Shown in pieces: positions 8,073-16,294 of a DNA stretch of 32,000 nucleotides. The stretch is from NCBI RefSeq assembly GCF_029232205.1, contig NZ_CP107255.1:1014960-1046959 (forward strand). Reading direction: 5' to 3'. The notes below the pieces were generated by a model, which saw only the letters and a list, made by a program, of their open reading frames with translations, was not told the DNA's origin and did no database searches. The translations under genes were made by a program, and so were the position numbers. Numbering within the stretch: position 1 is the stretch's first letter; every line of letters starts with the position of its first letter. Source of the stretch: Candidatus Saccharimonadota bacterium (GTDB lineage Archaea; Nanohalarchaeota; Nanosalinia; Nanosalinales; Nanosalinaceae).

Positions 8073-10739
8073 ATGTCTTATAAGGAAATGCTCAGCGAAG
8101 AGAATATTAAGGAGAAAGTAAGTCCAAAAAACTTGAAGAACTACTGGGGCGGTTTCGGTATTACAGCTATCTTTGCCCTGGCCTTATGGATCAGATATCT
8201 TCCTGAGAGAGGTATGCAGCATCTTCAGGCCCTTGACCCTTACTTCATTTTCAGACAGGCCCGTCACTTGGCTCTTTCCGGAAATATTCCTATGACTGAT
8301 TTCATGCGTTACTTCCCTTACAACGCTCCAGCCTATGGATTAAACCAGGGAGACATTATTTTCCCAGCTATAATGTATCATATGGGGCCTTCACTATTTT
8401 TCGAGAACTTTCTGGAGTGGGCGCAGTTCTACCCGGCATTTATGGGAGCCATCAGCGTTGTAATTACTTACTTCCTTGGTAAAGAACTCTATAATAGAAT
8501 AACAGGCCTTTCATCAGCATTCTTCCTTGCAACAATTGCAGGAGTCATGCACAGAACCTCAGCAGGCTTCTTCGAGAAAGAGCCTCTAGGAACAATGTTT
8601 ATGATGGTCTCTCTGTACTTTTTCGTGAGAGGCTGGAAGAGAAAGGAGTACCTCTCAGGCGTTCTCTCAGGCCTTGCTCTTGGCGCATTCACTATCTCCT
8701 GGGGAGGATCCAAGATGCTTTGGATGCTACTCCCTATGACAGTAGGCCTTGTAATGCTGCTGAATGAGGACATTGATAGACTTGTCAGAGTTTATACTCC
8801 GACAGTAATTATTGGAGCAGCTTTCGGTTCATTCTTCAACCCTTCAAGATTCTGGTTTACTGGCGATCTTGCTCTGGTCAACTTTGGAATGCTTGGATTG
8901 TTGTGGAGTCGATACATGCTTGGAGAACTGGAGTGGTTGAGTGAGAGACAGCTTTCCTATTATGTTCCCAGTGTTTCAGTTCTGGGGCTTATAGGCCTTC
9001 TTCTCTCACCTCTGTACTCCCAGTTCCTTGCTGACAAGTTCTTTGGTCTGCTGTCTAAGGCTACAGGCGCAGGAGGAACAAGCGTAGTACTAAAAACTGT
9101 AGCAGAGAACCAGGCTACAGGGTTCTCGACACTGGTTTCGAGCCTGAGAACTAGTTACTCTCAATCTGTATTTTCAAGCCTTGGTGTAGGTTTCCTTTCC
9201 AATATAGGAAATATTACTGGCGCGCTTGAAATGGCCTTAATTGGAACTGCATTGATCAGCACAAAGCTTATTCTGATGCTTTTGAAGAAGTTTGGCTATG
9301 TCAAATCAGAGATCTCCGGAAAGGAGTACTATTCAGCTTTCGGAGCAGTCTTCTCAGGATGGATTCTGTTTTTCATCAGCTTCTTTGAAGGCTTCCTTAT
9401 CCCCGGGGTGCTTATTACAATTGTAACACTTGTAAGCTACGTTGCTATGGTCCTATACACAGATGAGGACTCCATGTTCTCCATCTCAATGATGGTACTA
9501 GGATTTGTTGCAGTTACACAGCTAATGATGATCAGCGGAGGCCTTAACTCAGCTAGAGTAGCTATTGGGCCTACTCTTGCAGTTCTAGGTTCTATTGGAG
9601 TTATCTACTTTTCAGAGAACATGAAGACTCACAAGATAAACGTTGAATGGTATCACATGTTGCCAGTGCTCTGGATGTTGACTAACTTCCTGAGTGCACT
9701 GGCCAAGTCACGACTTATGACGCTAGCAGCATTCCCTGTCGCATTTACCGCAGGTATTGCCGTTGGAAGAGCCTTTACATGGGCTAAGACTGTTGATCTA
9801 TCGGACTTTGTTGATAGACAGACAGACGTGGTAAGAGTTGTAATTATCGGAGTAATTGCTCTCTCAGTCATCCTTCCTAACATTGCAACAGGCTTTGCTT
9901 CTGCAAGCGGTGTAGGAGGTTCGCCTAACAGCCTCTGGATGCAGAACCTAGATTACATGGAAGAGAATACCGACAATGGATCGGTCATTCTCTCCTGGTG
10001 GGACTACGGATATCACTTCCAGACAATCGGCAGAAGAGCTACAGTCGCTGATGGAGGTAACTTGAGGTATTACTCGGAAAGTAGAGATCATGCTAACTAC
10101 GATCTTGCCGATTTCCTTGCAGAACCACCGGAGAACAATACAGAGTTCCTTGAGAAGATGTCTGCAGACTACATTGTGCTAGATCACTCGATGATTGGCA
10201 AGTACTCTGCTGTCAGCCAGATACACAATAGAGATAATGAGAACTTCAACTCTATGCTTCAGCTTTCGACAAGCAGAGATGTTACCCAGTCAACATTCTC
10301 TCGGGGCAATGAGACTCTGGTAAGATTTACTACTGGAGGCCTTCAGGTTTACGTGCCTACAAACGTGTCTCAGGGCCGTCTCGATATTACGGGGACTCCA
10401 ACTGTGAGGACTTCTCAGGGCCAGCAGCCTGTTGGCTGTATGCTGAGCGAGTCCGAGGGAGTTGTCAACTATGATGTTGAGAACCCTGTTCAGTTGAGAG
10501 GATTTGGCGAGGTCTGTATTGCGGAGAGTCCTTTCTTCACTATGGAGAGGGCCTTTGTGACTGCTCAGAGGCAGGGAACGAGACCTCAGTCTGCTCAGAT
10601 GGTTCTGGTTCCAAGAGAGATAACGGATTCAGTACTTGTCAGACTTTACCTGATGAACGGTGAAGGTGTTGACTATGCAGAGCCTGTTTCAGGAGGTTCA
10701 AACGGTTACGTGAGAATGTGGGAAGTTGATCAAGAATGA
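8073..10739 (+). CDS. aglB: Archaeal oligosaccharyltransferase AglB (STT3 family)
   Basis: 888 aa with a multi-TM N-terminal domain. The catalytic WWDYGY motif is present (SVILSWWDYGYHFQTIG), followed by a DHSMIGKYSAV segment of the DK/MI-motif type. Confidence 0.92.
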   Translation: MSYKEMLSEENIKEKVSPKNLKNYWGGFGITAIFALALWIRYLPERGMQHLQALDPYFIFRQARHLALSGNIPMTDFMRYFPYNAPAYGLNQGDIIFPAIMYHMGPSLFFENFLEWAQFYPAFMGAISVVITYFLGKELYNRITGLSSAFFLATIAGVMHRTSAGFFEKEPLGTMFMMVSLYFFVRGWKRKEYLSGVLSGLALGAFTISWGGSKMLWMLLPMTVGLVMLLNEDIDRLVRVYTPTVIIGAAFGSFFNPSRFWFTGDLALVNFGMLGLLWSRYMLGELEWLSERQLSYYVPSVSVLGLIGLLLSPLYSQFLADKFFGLLSKATGAGGTSVVLKTVAENQATGFSTLVSSLRTSYSQSVFSSLGVGFLSNIGNITGALEMALIGTALISTKLILMLLKKFGYVKSEISGKEYYSAFGAVFSGWILFFISFFEGFLIPGVLITIVTLVSYVAMVLYTDEDSMFSISMMVLGFVAVTQLMMISGGLNSARVAIGPTLAVLGSIGVIYFSENMKTHKINVEWYHMLPVLWMLTNFLSALAKSRLMTLAAFPVAFTAGIAVGRAFTWAKTVDLSDFVDRQTDVVRVVIIGVIALSVILPNIATGFASASGVGGSPNSLWMQNLDYMEENTDNGSVILSWWDYGYHFQTIGRRATVADGGNLRYYSESRDHANYDLADFLAEPPENNTEFLEKMSADYIVLDHSMIGKYSAVSQIHNRDNENFNSMLQLSTSRDVTQSTFSRGNETLVRFTTGGLQVYVPTNVSQGRLDITGTPTVRTSQGQQPVGCMLSESEGVVNYDVENPVQLRGFGEVCIAESPFFTMERAFVTAQRQGTRPQSAQMVLVPREITDSVLVRLYLMNGEGVDYAEPVSGGSNGYVRMWEVDQE

Positions 10740-11848
10740 TCTATCTAGTTGCTTCGCTGGCGGCAGGATTCCTGGTTACTTTTCTAGGAGTTCCTTTCGC
10801 CAGGAAGTATCTTTTCTCCTCTGGAATTTATGGAGTTGATCAGCAGAAAGAGGATAGGCCTCGACTACCTACTTCTGGCGGAGTAACAGTATTTTTCGGT
10901 TTTCTTGTATCAATGACTCTCTATCTAGGCCTTATCTCCTTCATGTCAGCTCCACCTGTTGATGTATCTCTACTGCTTGCGGCTTTAAGTTCTGTATCAA
11001 TAATTGCACTGATTGGTTTTATCGACGATATTCATATCAGAATCGATGAGTACGTCAAGGAAGAGTATGAGATTGACATAGAGATCGATGAGAGCGGTGA
11101 AGAAAAAGAACGGCATATAGAGTTTGACTTACCTTTGATAGATGATATTGCGAAAGGCACAGAGGTTCACCGCGAAGGCCTTTCACAAATTCCTAAAATG
11201 CTGTTTGTTCTGCCCGCAGTATTTCCTCTGATGGCGGTCAGGGCTGGTTCCTGGAGCATGAACTTTCCTCTAATTGGAACAATTGAATGGGGGATAATTT
11301 ATCCTCTTGTACTGCTTCCTCTGGGTCTACTGTTTGTTTCAAACGTTGTTAACATGCTGGCAGGGACTAACGGCCTTTCAACAGGCATGTCGATGATTGC
11401 AGCATTTGGTCTTGGTGTAATGGGTTATTTGAGCGGTAGTGTTGAGGCCCAGGTTATTGCCTTCAGTCTAGCTGTTTCTCTAGCCGCATTCTTCTACTAT
11501 AACTTTTATCCGGCCTCTGTGCTCCCCGGCGATTCCTTGACTTATCTTTCAGGGGCGGCCCTGTTCTCTGTAATTGTTATTGGCAACATGGAGAAGTTTG
11601 GAGTGTTTATCTTTGCGCCGTGGATTCTTGAGTTCTTGTTGAAGTTGAGAAGTGGTTTTAATGCTGCTTCATGGGGAGAGCTCGTTGATGGAGAGTTGAG
11701 GCCTAAGTATGAGAAAAATTATTCCTTGACTCATCCTTTGATGCGTAGAGGTCTTGGTGAGAAAGAGATTACTCTAGTACTGATGGCTGTTGAGGCAGTG
11801 ATTGTTGTTGTAGGCCTTGTACTGTTTGGAGTTTACGGAGTTCTCTAA
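10736..11848 (+). CDS. aglH: Dolichyl-phosphate GlcNAc-1-phosphate transferase (GT4-family PNPT, Alg7/AglH type)
   Basis: 370 aa polytopic protein. It has the GFIDDIH aspartate motif. NVVNMLAGTNGLSTG matches the eukaryotic/archaeal GPT signature N-x-x-N-x-x-A-G-x-N-G-L rather than the bacterial D-G-x-D-G-L form. An ATGA start/stop overlap links it to aglB. Confidence 0.82.
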   Translation: MIYLVASLAAGFLVTFLGVPFARKYLFSSGIYGVDQQKEDRPRLPTSGGVTVFFGFLVSMTLYLGLISFMSAPPVDVSLLLAALSSVSIIALIGFIDDIHIRIDEYVKEEYEIDIEIDESGEEKERHIEFDLPLIDDIAKGTEVHREGLSQIPKMLFVLPAVFPLMAVRAGSWSMNFPLIGTIEWGIIYPLVLLPLGLLFVSNVVNMLAGTNGLSTGMSMIAAFGLGVMGYLSGSVEAQVIAFSLAVSLAAFFYYNFYPASVLPGDSLTYLSGAALFSVIVIGNMEKFGVFIFAPWILEFLLKLRSGFNAASWGELVDGELRPKYEKNYSLTHPLMRRGLGEKEITLVLMAVEAVIVVVGLVLFGVYGVL

Positions 11849-11849
11849 G

Positions 11850-12236
11850 CTATTTTTCTTGGTCTTCTTCGTTGTCTCTTGCTTCTTCGTAAGGGTCCTC
11901 TACTCTGTGTAGGTCTTCCGGCCTGTATGGGAATGAGATTTCCAGTATTTTGGCTACCTGTGTGTCAATGTTCTGGATCTGGTGTTTTTCGTTGGATCTG
12001 ATGACTGTTGCGTTACCTTTCTCCAGTTTCTGGATTCCGCCTTCTTTTCTGATCTGGGCGTTTCCTTCTTCAAGATAGATTATGTCGGATTGGTCTTCGT
12101 GGTAGGAGTAAGAAGTCATTTCGTCGGCATCGATTACAAGTCTTCTGATACCTAGCATTCCTACGCGGTCTCCAACGTCTACCTGGGTGCTTAGAATGTG
12201 TTCTTCGTATCCCCAGGGCTTCTCGATTCTTCCCAT
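11850..12236 (-). CDS. Small cupin-domain protein (type II mannose-6-phosphate isomerase-like cupin)
   Basis: 128 aa. It has the N-terminal EKPWGYE motif and a cupin core (SYSYHEDQSDIIYLEEGNAQI...GNATVIRSNEKHQIQN). It is the last gene of a four-gene minus-strand operon. Confidence 0.6.
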   Translation of the reverse strand: MGRIEKPWGYEEHILSTQVDVGDRVGMLGIRRLVIDADEMTSYSYHEDQSDIIYLEEGNAQIRKEGGIQKLEKGNATVIRSNEKHQIQNIDTQVAKILEISFPYRPEDLHRVEDPYEEARDNEEDQEK

Positions 12237-12261
12237 AAGAAGAAAAAAGGAATAAAATTTC

Positions 12262-13203
12262 TTATAGATGATTCCTGTAGTACTCTACAGTTTTCTCAAG
12301 GCCTTCCTCAAAGGAGTGCTTAGGTTCGTAGCCTAGATCTCTCTTTGCTCGGCTGTAGTCGGCCTTTGTAGTCATGACAGGATTGTCTCTCGGATGTTCG
12401 ATGTGTTCTGGTTCTATCTCTGTGCCGAGGGCCTGGTTCAGTTTCTCAACCAGAGAGTTGAAGTCGATGTCTCTTCCTGTTCCAATATTGTAGTACTCGC
12501 CGTCGGTCTCTTCCTTTCTCTCTGCAGCCAGATAGTTGGCTCTTGCAATGTCCTTGACGTATGTAAAGTCTCTGCTCTGGGTTCCGTCGCCCCATATGAC
12601 AGGTTGTTCTCCGTCCATCATCTTCCAGAGGAACTGGGTGACCACGTTGGCGTACTTTCCTTTTCCTTTTTCGTGAGGGCCGAATACCGAGAAGTATCTG
12701 AGGCCTGTGAAATGCATGTCTGTCTGCTGAGAGTAGACTTTGGCGTAAAGCTCTCTGCTCATTTTTGAGGCCGTGTAGAGATTGGTTGGGTATTCCCCAT
12801 TGTCTTCCTCATGTGGAGGTTCTACGCTTCCGTACATAGACGAGGTTGATGCGTAAACTACCTTCTCCATATTTTCCTCTTCCTTGGCGGCCTCGATTGT
12901 ATTGATGAATCCTTCAATATTTACTCTTGCGCCTTCTGCCGCGTCATCTTTGTGCATCGGGCTTGAAGATCGCGCAGCCTGATGGAATACAGTGTCACAG
13001 CCTTCAATGGCCTCTCTTACAGTTTCCATATCGAGTACTGATCCTTCTACAAACTCTACTTCGTCTTTGATTTCTTCAAGATTTGATTCTTCTCCAAGGT
13101 AGAGAGAGTCAAGCACTACCACTTCAACTCCTTCCTCCACCAGTTTTTCCGCAATGTTGGAGCCGATAAAACCTGCTCCTCCAGTCACTAGTGCTTTTTC
13201 CAT
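12262..13203 (-). CDS. NAD-dependent nucleotide-sugar epimerase/dehydratase (WbpP/TviC-like UDP-sugar 4-epimerase type)
   Basis: 313 aa. It has the TGGAGFIGSN Rossmann motif, the YTASK catalytic Y-x-x-x-K and a LRYFSVFGP segment. Confidence 0.85.
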   Translation of the reverse strand: MEKALVTGGAGFIGSNIAEKLVEEGVEVVVLDSLYLGEESNLEEIKDEVEFVEGSVLDMETVREAIEGCDTVFHQAARSSSPMHKDDAAEGARVNIEGFINTIEAAKEEENMEKVVYASTSSMYGSVEPPHEEDNGEYPTNLYTASKMSRELYAKVYSQQTDMHFTGLRYFSVFGPHEKGKGKYANVVTQFLWKMMDGEQPVIWGDGTQSRDFTYVKDIARANYLAAERKEETDGEYYNIGTGRDIDFNSLVEKLNQALGTEIEPEHIEHPRDNPVMTTKADYSRAKRDLGYEPKHSFEEGLEKTVEYYRNHL

Positions 13204-13208
13204 AGTAT

Positions 13209-13757
13209 CTATTTCTCCACTATATCTCGTTTGATTAAAAACTCTTTTACCGGATCCGTAACCTCCTTCTGCTCTATCTCACTGTAAGATAGCCATTCCA
13301 GATACTCCGCCTCATCGTTGGGCTCAAGCTCCACATCCTGATCCTCCAGTTCAACAAAGTAAAGATGCCATCCATGAATATCAGCACCTCTACGGCATTT
13401 ATCATCTATTTCTCCTTCAAAAACCAGCTCGGCATTTTCTTCATCGAGCTCAAGGCCTGTTTCCTCCCATACCTCTCTCATAGCGGCCTTATCAGGGTCT
13501 TCTCCTTCTTCTAGATGGCCTGCTGGGATGCTGTGTTTGTAAGGGTATTTTCTTCTCTTGAGCAGAAGGTATTCTCCTTCGGCCTTGATTACTGCGCCAA
13601 CGCTTTCATGGATAATCTCTCCATCCTCCTCTCTGTGGACAAGGCCTTTGTTTTTGATTATTCTAGTGTTTTTGTGGCCGTTTTCACAAACGTACTTCTC
13701 TCTTCCTTGTTCGTCAACTACTTCGATTTCCTCAGAGCTACATTCTATGCATTTCAT
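13209..13757 (-). CDS. NUDIX hydrolase with an N-terminal zinc ribbon
   Basis: 182 aa. A complete Nudix box is present: GHLEEGEDPDKAAMREVWEETGL. The N-terminal CIEC...C-x-x-x-H segment is zinc-ribbon-like. Confidence 0.85.
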   Translation of the reverse strand: MKCIECSSEEIEVVDEQGREKYVCENGHKNTRIIKNKGLVHREEDGEIIHESVGAVIKAEGEYLLLKRRKYPYKHSIPAGHLEEGEDPDKAAMREVWEETGLELDEENAELVFEGEIDDKCRRGADIHGWHLYFVELEDQDVELEPNDEAEYLEWLSYSEIEQKEVTDPVKEFLIKRDIVEK

Positions 13758-13767
13758 GTTTACCAGT

Positions 13768-14526
13768 TTAGTCTGAGGCCTTTACAACCTGTTCCTCTGA
13801 TGGTTTTTCCTGGTAGAATGGCATTCGTGTGTCTGATGGCATGCTCTGTATCTCGAAGTCTTCTGTGTCATCCCAAGTGTAGAAAGGAGTTCCATCGAGA
13901 TGGAATTTTGGCACTCTGTCTGTTTCCGGACCGTAGCGTGTGACTATGTGGTCTGGATCTCCTCTTTCCTCTATTACTCTGTGAGGGACGTTTGGCGGCA
14001 CGAATACTGCGTTATCTCTGTCTGCTACAGCATATACCACGCCATCATTGTTCTGAGCTGATTGAAGCGGGTCTTGTTCATAGTCAAAGTCTGGGCCGGC
14101 CATTCCTAGTACTAGTGAGCCATTTCTTGCTCGGTATACTTCCCAGCCTGATAGGTGGAGGTGCCACTGTTCTTTTTCCTCGAAGTCGTAGTTTTGGTTG
14201 TCTTTAAATTCCCATGGAGATCCTATGGAGTGTTTGAGGTAGAATCCTCCATCATCTTTCTGATCTGGACCCATAAGGAACGGCGTATTATAGTCTAGAT
14301 CTTCTGCTTCGTTGAGACGTTGAACCATGTCCTCTGAGAAAGTTATGTATTCTCCAGATATCTGTTCTGCTGGGCCGAAGTACATTTCTCCTTCCGAAAT
14401 ATTTTCTACAGCCCCGCCTCTTAATTCTCCATCCCGGAGTGCGAAGAGGCCTACCTCGCCTGAAAGCGCCTGGTCAACATCTTGCCATTCGTTTTCTGTA
14501 TCAAGCTTTCCTACGTCAAAACTCAT
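13768..14526 (-). CDS. Acidic hypothetical protein with cupin metal-binding motifs
   Basis: 252 aa. WHLHLSGWEVYRARNG fits cupin motif 1 (H-x-H-x4-E-x6-G), and AVFVPPNVPHRV resembles cupin motif 2. No closer family was recognised. Confidence 0.5.
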   Translation of the reverse strand: MSFDVGKLDTENEWQDVDQALSGEVGLFALRDGELRGGAVENISEGEMYFGPAEQISGEYITFSEDMVQRLNEAEDLDYNTPFLMGPDQKDDGGFYLKHSIGSPWEFKDNQNYDFEEKEQWHLHLSGWEVYRARNGSLVLGMAGPDFDYEQDPLQSAQNNDGVVYAVADRDNAVFVPPNVPHRVIEERGDPDHIVTRYGPETDRVPKFHLDGTPFYTWDDTEDFEIQSMPSDTRMPFYQEKPSEEQVVKASD

Positions 14527-14527
14527 T

Positions 14528-14546
14528 CGTAATACAAAGTATTACG
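14528..14546. promoter_or_regulatory. Perfect inverted repeat CGTAATAC-AAA-GTATTACG between a TATA box and the ATG of the cupin-Nudix-epimerase operon
   Basis: Read directly from the sequence. The palindromic TATA-like TTTATAAA lies at 14553-14560 and the operon ATG at 14526. The repeat sits 48 nt downstream of the RHH-fusion gene stop. Confidence 0.45.
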
Positions 14547-14593
14547 TTATTATTTATAAATTCTTGTTCTATAAGAGAACTCTGATTTCAAGC

Positions 14594-15340
14594 CTATCGA
14601 TCGATATCCTTCCACTTCCCACCGTAGATATATCCTGATAGAAGGCCTTCATCCGCAAGGTTCTCAAAGGCCTTTTCCAGAGATTCTGCCTCCAGATACT
14701 CGAATATATTGCTTTCCAGAATGTATGTTCCCGCATTGATCAGCTGTGATGGTTCCTCTCCGGCCTCCGGCTTTTCCTCGAATCCCAGGATTTTTCTTCC
14801 TTTCAGCCTGGCCACTCCGTAATTGGAGGGAGATGTCTCTGTTGTGAGAGCCATTGTAGCATTGGAGTCCTCCTCTCTGTGAACTCTCAGCATGTCTTCG
14901 AGGTCGACATCTGCCACGACGTGGCCGTTTAGAGCGACGAAGGTTTCGTTGACCTTTTTCTCGGCCTTTGACAGTGCTGCGGCCGTACCCTCTGACTGAT
15001 CCTCTATATATTCGAGAGTCATGGTTTCATAGCTTGAGCCAAACTGCTCCTCTATCTCTTCCCTGTTCTGGCCTGCAAGGAGTATTACTCTTGAGATTCC
15101 TTGCGTGGAGAGGTTGTCGAGTATGTGGCCTAGAACCGGTTTTCCCTCGTAAAGATTGAGTGTTTTGTTTTCCGGATCCCCACAGAGAATTACTGCTGTA
15201 TTGAGGCCTTTACCTTTGAAGTATTCCTTTGTAATCTTTTCTACAGTCTGCGACCTATTTATATCGCGGCTTTCGGCCTCTGCATCGATTTTTTCGACTA
15301 AATTTTCATCGAGAGTGAGGGAAATCCTCTTTTTGCCCAT
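14594..15340 (-). CDS. Ribbon-helix-helix (CopG-like) domain fused to a sugar-nucleotidyltransferase-like domain with a degenerate active-site loop
   Basis: The N-terminus KKRISLTLDENLVEKIDAEAESRDINRSQTVEKITKEYF has the RHH pattern. The remainder is colinear with G1P nucleotidyltransferases (GTAAAL, VALNGHVVADVDL, YGVARL, FEEKP, LINAGTYIL). However, the G-G-x-G-T-R-L loop is replaced by LCGDPENKT. The ORF track starts at a GTG at 15355, but the ATG at 15340 is better placed relative to the TATA box. Confidence 0.7.
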   Translation of the reverse strand: MGKKRISLTLDENLVEKIDAEAESRDINRSQTVEKITKEYFKGKGLNTAVILCGDPENKTLNLYEGKPVLGHILDNLSTQGISRVILLAGQNREEIEEQFGSSYETMTLEYIEDQSEGTAAALSKAEKKVNETFVALNGHVVADVDLEDMLRVHREEDSNATMALTTETSPSNYGVARLKGRKILGFEEKPEAGEEPSQLINAGTYILESNIFEYLEAESLEKAFENLADEGLLSGYIYGGKWKDIDR

Positions 15341-15360
15341 GTACAAAGTTTCCACGTTGA

Positions 15361-15368
15361 TATTTTAA
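15361..15368. promoter_or_regulatory. Single TATA-like box TATTTTAA shared by divergent genes
   Basis: It is centred about 27 nt from the ATG at 15392 on the plus strand and about 25 nt from the ATG at 15340 on the minus strand. Confidence 0.4.
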
Positions 15369-15391
15369 TGAATGAGGCCTAACTTTGAGGT

Positions 15392-16294
15392 ATGAAGATT
15401 GGGATTACCGGTGGCGCAGGATTCATAGGATCAACCCTTGCAGAAGAACTAAAGGACGAACACGAAGTTCTTGTGATAGATAACTTTTCTTCAGGCCGTG
15501 AGGAGAACGTGCCGGAAGGAGTAGAGGTTCTCGAGTTTGATATCAAGGATGAAGGCCTTGAAGAGTTTCTGGAGGATGTTGATACTGTTTTTCACTTTGC
15601 CGCCAATCCCAAGGTAAATACGTTCCCTGACGATAGAGAGAAGGATTTTGATGAGAACTTTGTCGGCACCAAGAATGTTTTAGATGCCTGTGTCAATGCA
15701 GATATCGATGATGTTATTTTTGCGTCTTCCTCAGTGGTTTACGGCGAGGAGGCCGAGATTCCGACTCCTGAAGATCACAGGCTTGATCCTATTTCTATGT
15801 ACGGCGCTACAAAGGCCGGTGACGAACACATGGTGCAGGTCTACGGCCAGACATTCGGTATAGATACCACTATCGTCCGACTCGCGAACATTATCGGAGG
15901 GAAGAATCCTAAAGGAGTTATCTACGACTTTGTCCACAAGCTGGATGAGAATCCTGAGGAGTTGACTATTCTCGGGAACGGTAAACAGAGAAAGTCCTAC
16001 ATCTATATTGAGGATACTGTGAACGGTATCCTAAAGGCCTGGGAGTCTGATAAATCAGTTTTCAATATTGGTTCTGAAGATTCTATTGATGTCGATAGTA
16101 TTGCGGAGATTGTCGCTGACGAGATGGGTCTTGATCCAGAGTTTTCGTATACCGGCGGCGATCGCGGCTGGACTGGCGATGTTCCGGAGATGAGGTTGAG
16201 TATTGAGAAGTTGAAGTCTGAGGGCTGGAGGCCTTCGAGAAATTCCGCTGAATCAGTAAGGAAGACTGCTCGAGAGGTAATTGAAAACCTCTAA
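15392..16294 (+). CDS. NAD-dependent nucleotide-sugar epimerase/dehydratase (archaeal GalE-like)
   Basis: 300 aa. It has the TGGAGFIGS motif, the YGATK catalytic motif and the GDRGWTGDV segment common in archaeal GalE-like proteins. Confidence 0.85.
   Translation: MKIGITGGAGFIGSTLAEELKDEHEVLVIDNFSSGREENVPEGVEVLEFDIKDEGLEEFLEDVDTVFHFAANPKVNTFPDDREKDFDENFVGTKNVLDACVNADIDDVIFASSSVVYGEEAEIPTPEDHRLDPISMYGATKAGDEHMVQVYGQTFGIDTTIVRLANIIGGKNPKGVIYDFVHKLDENPEELTILGNGKQRKSYIYIEDTVNGILKAWESDKSVFNIGSEDSIDVDSIAEIVADEMGLDPEFSYTGGDRGWTGDVPEMRLSIEKLKSEGWRPSRNSAESVRKTAREVIENL

Noticed and set aside
14561-14593. Weak inverted repeat GTTCT-ATAAG-AGAAC just downstream of the RHH-NTase stop, as a terminator
   Set aside because: The stem is only 5 bp, with no adjacent T-run. 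This is indistinguishable from chance in AT-rich spacer DNA.
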